A stretch of DNA of 64,000 nt from an uncultured Spirochaetales bacterium. GTDB taxonomy: Bacteria; Spirochaetota; Spirochaetia; SZUA-6. Position numbers and translations under genes: made by a program. The notes under the pieces were generated by a model. The model ran no database searches, was not told the DNA's origin, and worked only from the letters and a program-made list of their open reading frames with translations. Positions 63,524 through 64,000 of this stretch are shown one piece after another. Numbering within the stretch: position 1 is the first letter of the stretch; each line of letters starts with the position of its first letter. The stretch covers positions 73,830 to 137,829 of the forward strand of contig CAZQTC010000031.1 of assembly GCA_964596425.1 (NCBI GenBank), written 5' to 3'.

Positions 63524-64000
63524 ATGGTGGTTGATAGTAATACGAACTCGCGAGCTACGCGACAAAAAGTAGTGTTAATTACTGGCGCTTCCTCAGGAAT
63601 TGGGCGTGCACTTGCGGACGAACTTAGGGATCGTGGCTGGCGCGTTATTGCTACGGCGCGAAGACCCGAAGCGGTAGAGGAATTGAAACAATGCGGTTTC
63701 GATTCTTTGTTGTTGGATGTAACAGATGACAGAGGTGTCGAAAGGGTTGCAAAAGAGGTAAGAGATCTGACGGGTGGTTTGGATATGCTTATAAACAATG
63801 CAGGTTACGGTTTGATAGCTCCCCTTGTTGAGATCCCCCTTGAAAAATTAGAACACCAGTTTAGGGTTAATACCTTTGCTCCCCTTCACTTGGTTCAAGC
63901 TTTTGTCTCTGCAATGAGGGAGAGAGGTGGTGGGATTATTGTGAATGTAGGTAGTGTTTCGGGAGTACTTACCTCCCCGTTTTCCGGTGCCTACTGTGCC
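63524..64000 (+). CDS. Short-chain dehydrogenase/reductase (SDR), 3' truncated; absent from the ORF track
   Basis: ATG 63524 after GGAGG; ITGASSGIG, LINNAGYG, NVGSVSG, ends at GAYCA of the YxxxK motif. Confidence 0.92.
   Translation, partial: MVVDSNTNSRATRQKVVLITGASSGIGRALADELRDRGWRVIATARRPEAVEELKQCGFDSLLLDVTDDRGVERVAKEVRDLTGGLDMLINNAGYGLIAPLVEIPLEKLEHQFRVNTFAPLHLVQAFVSAMRERGGGIIVNVGSVSGVLTSPFSGAYCA

Noticed and set aside
63463-63798. 111-aa minus-strand ORF
   Set aside because: It is the antisense shadow of the SDR gene starting at 63524.
1-64000. CRISPR arrays, tRNA/rRNA, IS elements, prophage genes
   Set aside because: None was seen on reading; this was not confirmed computationally (tRNAscan-SE, Infernal or CRISPRCasFinder would be decisive).

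Overview
Gene-dense bacterial chromosomal window of moderately low GC. It is probably from a Spirochaetota genome; this is inferred from the spirochaete-style solute-binding-protein signal (MAAGSQE, no lipobox Cys), the Bat operon and a DbpA-domain pseudo-helicase. I saw no rRNA, tRNA, CRISPR array, integrase or transposase. Recognisable blocks: sugar epimerase/isomerase/MFS genes; a PiT phosphate transporter operon behind a sigma-54 promoter next to an NtrC-type two-component system; a BMP-family nucleoside ABC transporter; argJ; the MoxR/Bat operon; infA; dksA; trmB; pdxST with a MocR regulator; a PadR module; a radical SAM gene; GH1; and several hydrolases and oxidoreductases. The most interesting part is about 18.1-32.6 kb. 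It holds partner-switching components (PP2C phosphatase, RsbW-like kinase, two STAS proteins) with no sigma factor in the window, plus an HDOD protein. It also holds an orphan ParA with a non-ParB partner, two tandem 239-aa paralogs of unknown family, an acidic protein made of two internal repeats, two alpha/beta hydrolases and a polyproline FGE-domain protein. Three Lys-rich proteins in this region share an unannotated ~44-aa helical-hairpin module. Other notable points: a MocR regulator whose PLP-binding Lys is Glu, a DEAD-box protein that has lost its catalytic motifs, an ICMT/PEMT-PlsC fusion, a CodA-like enzyme with an altered metal-ligand set, and many apparently leaderless genes. All family assignments come from motif recognition by eye; no database search was run.
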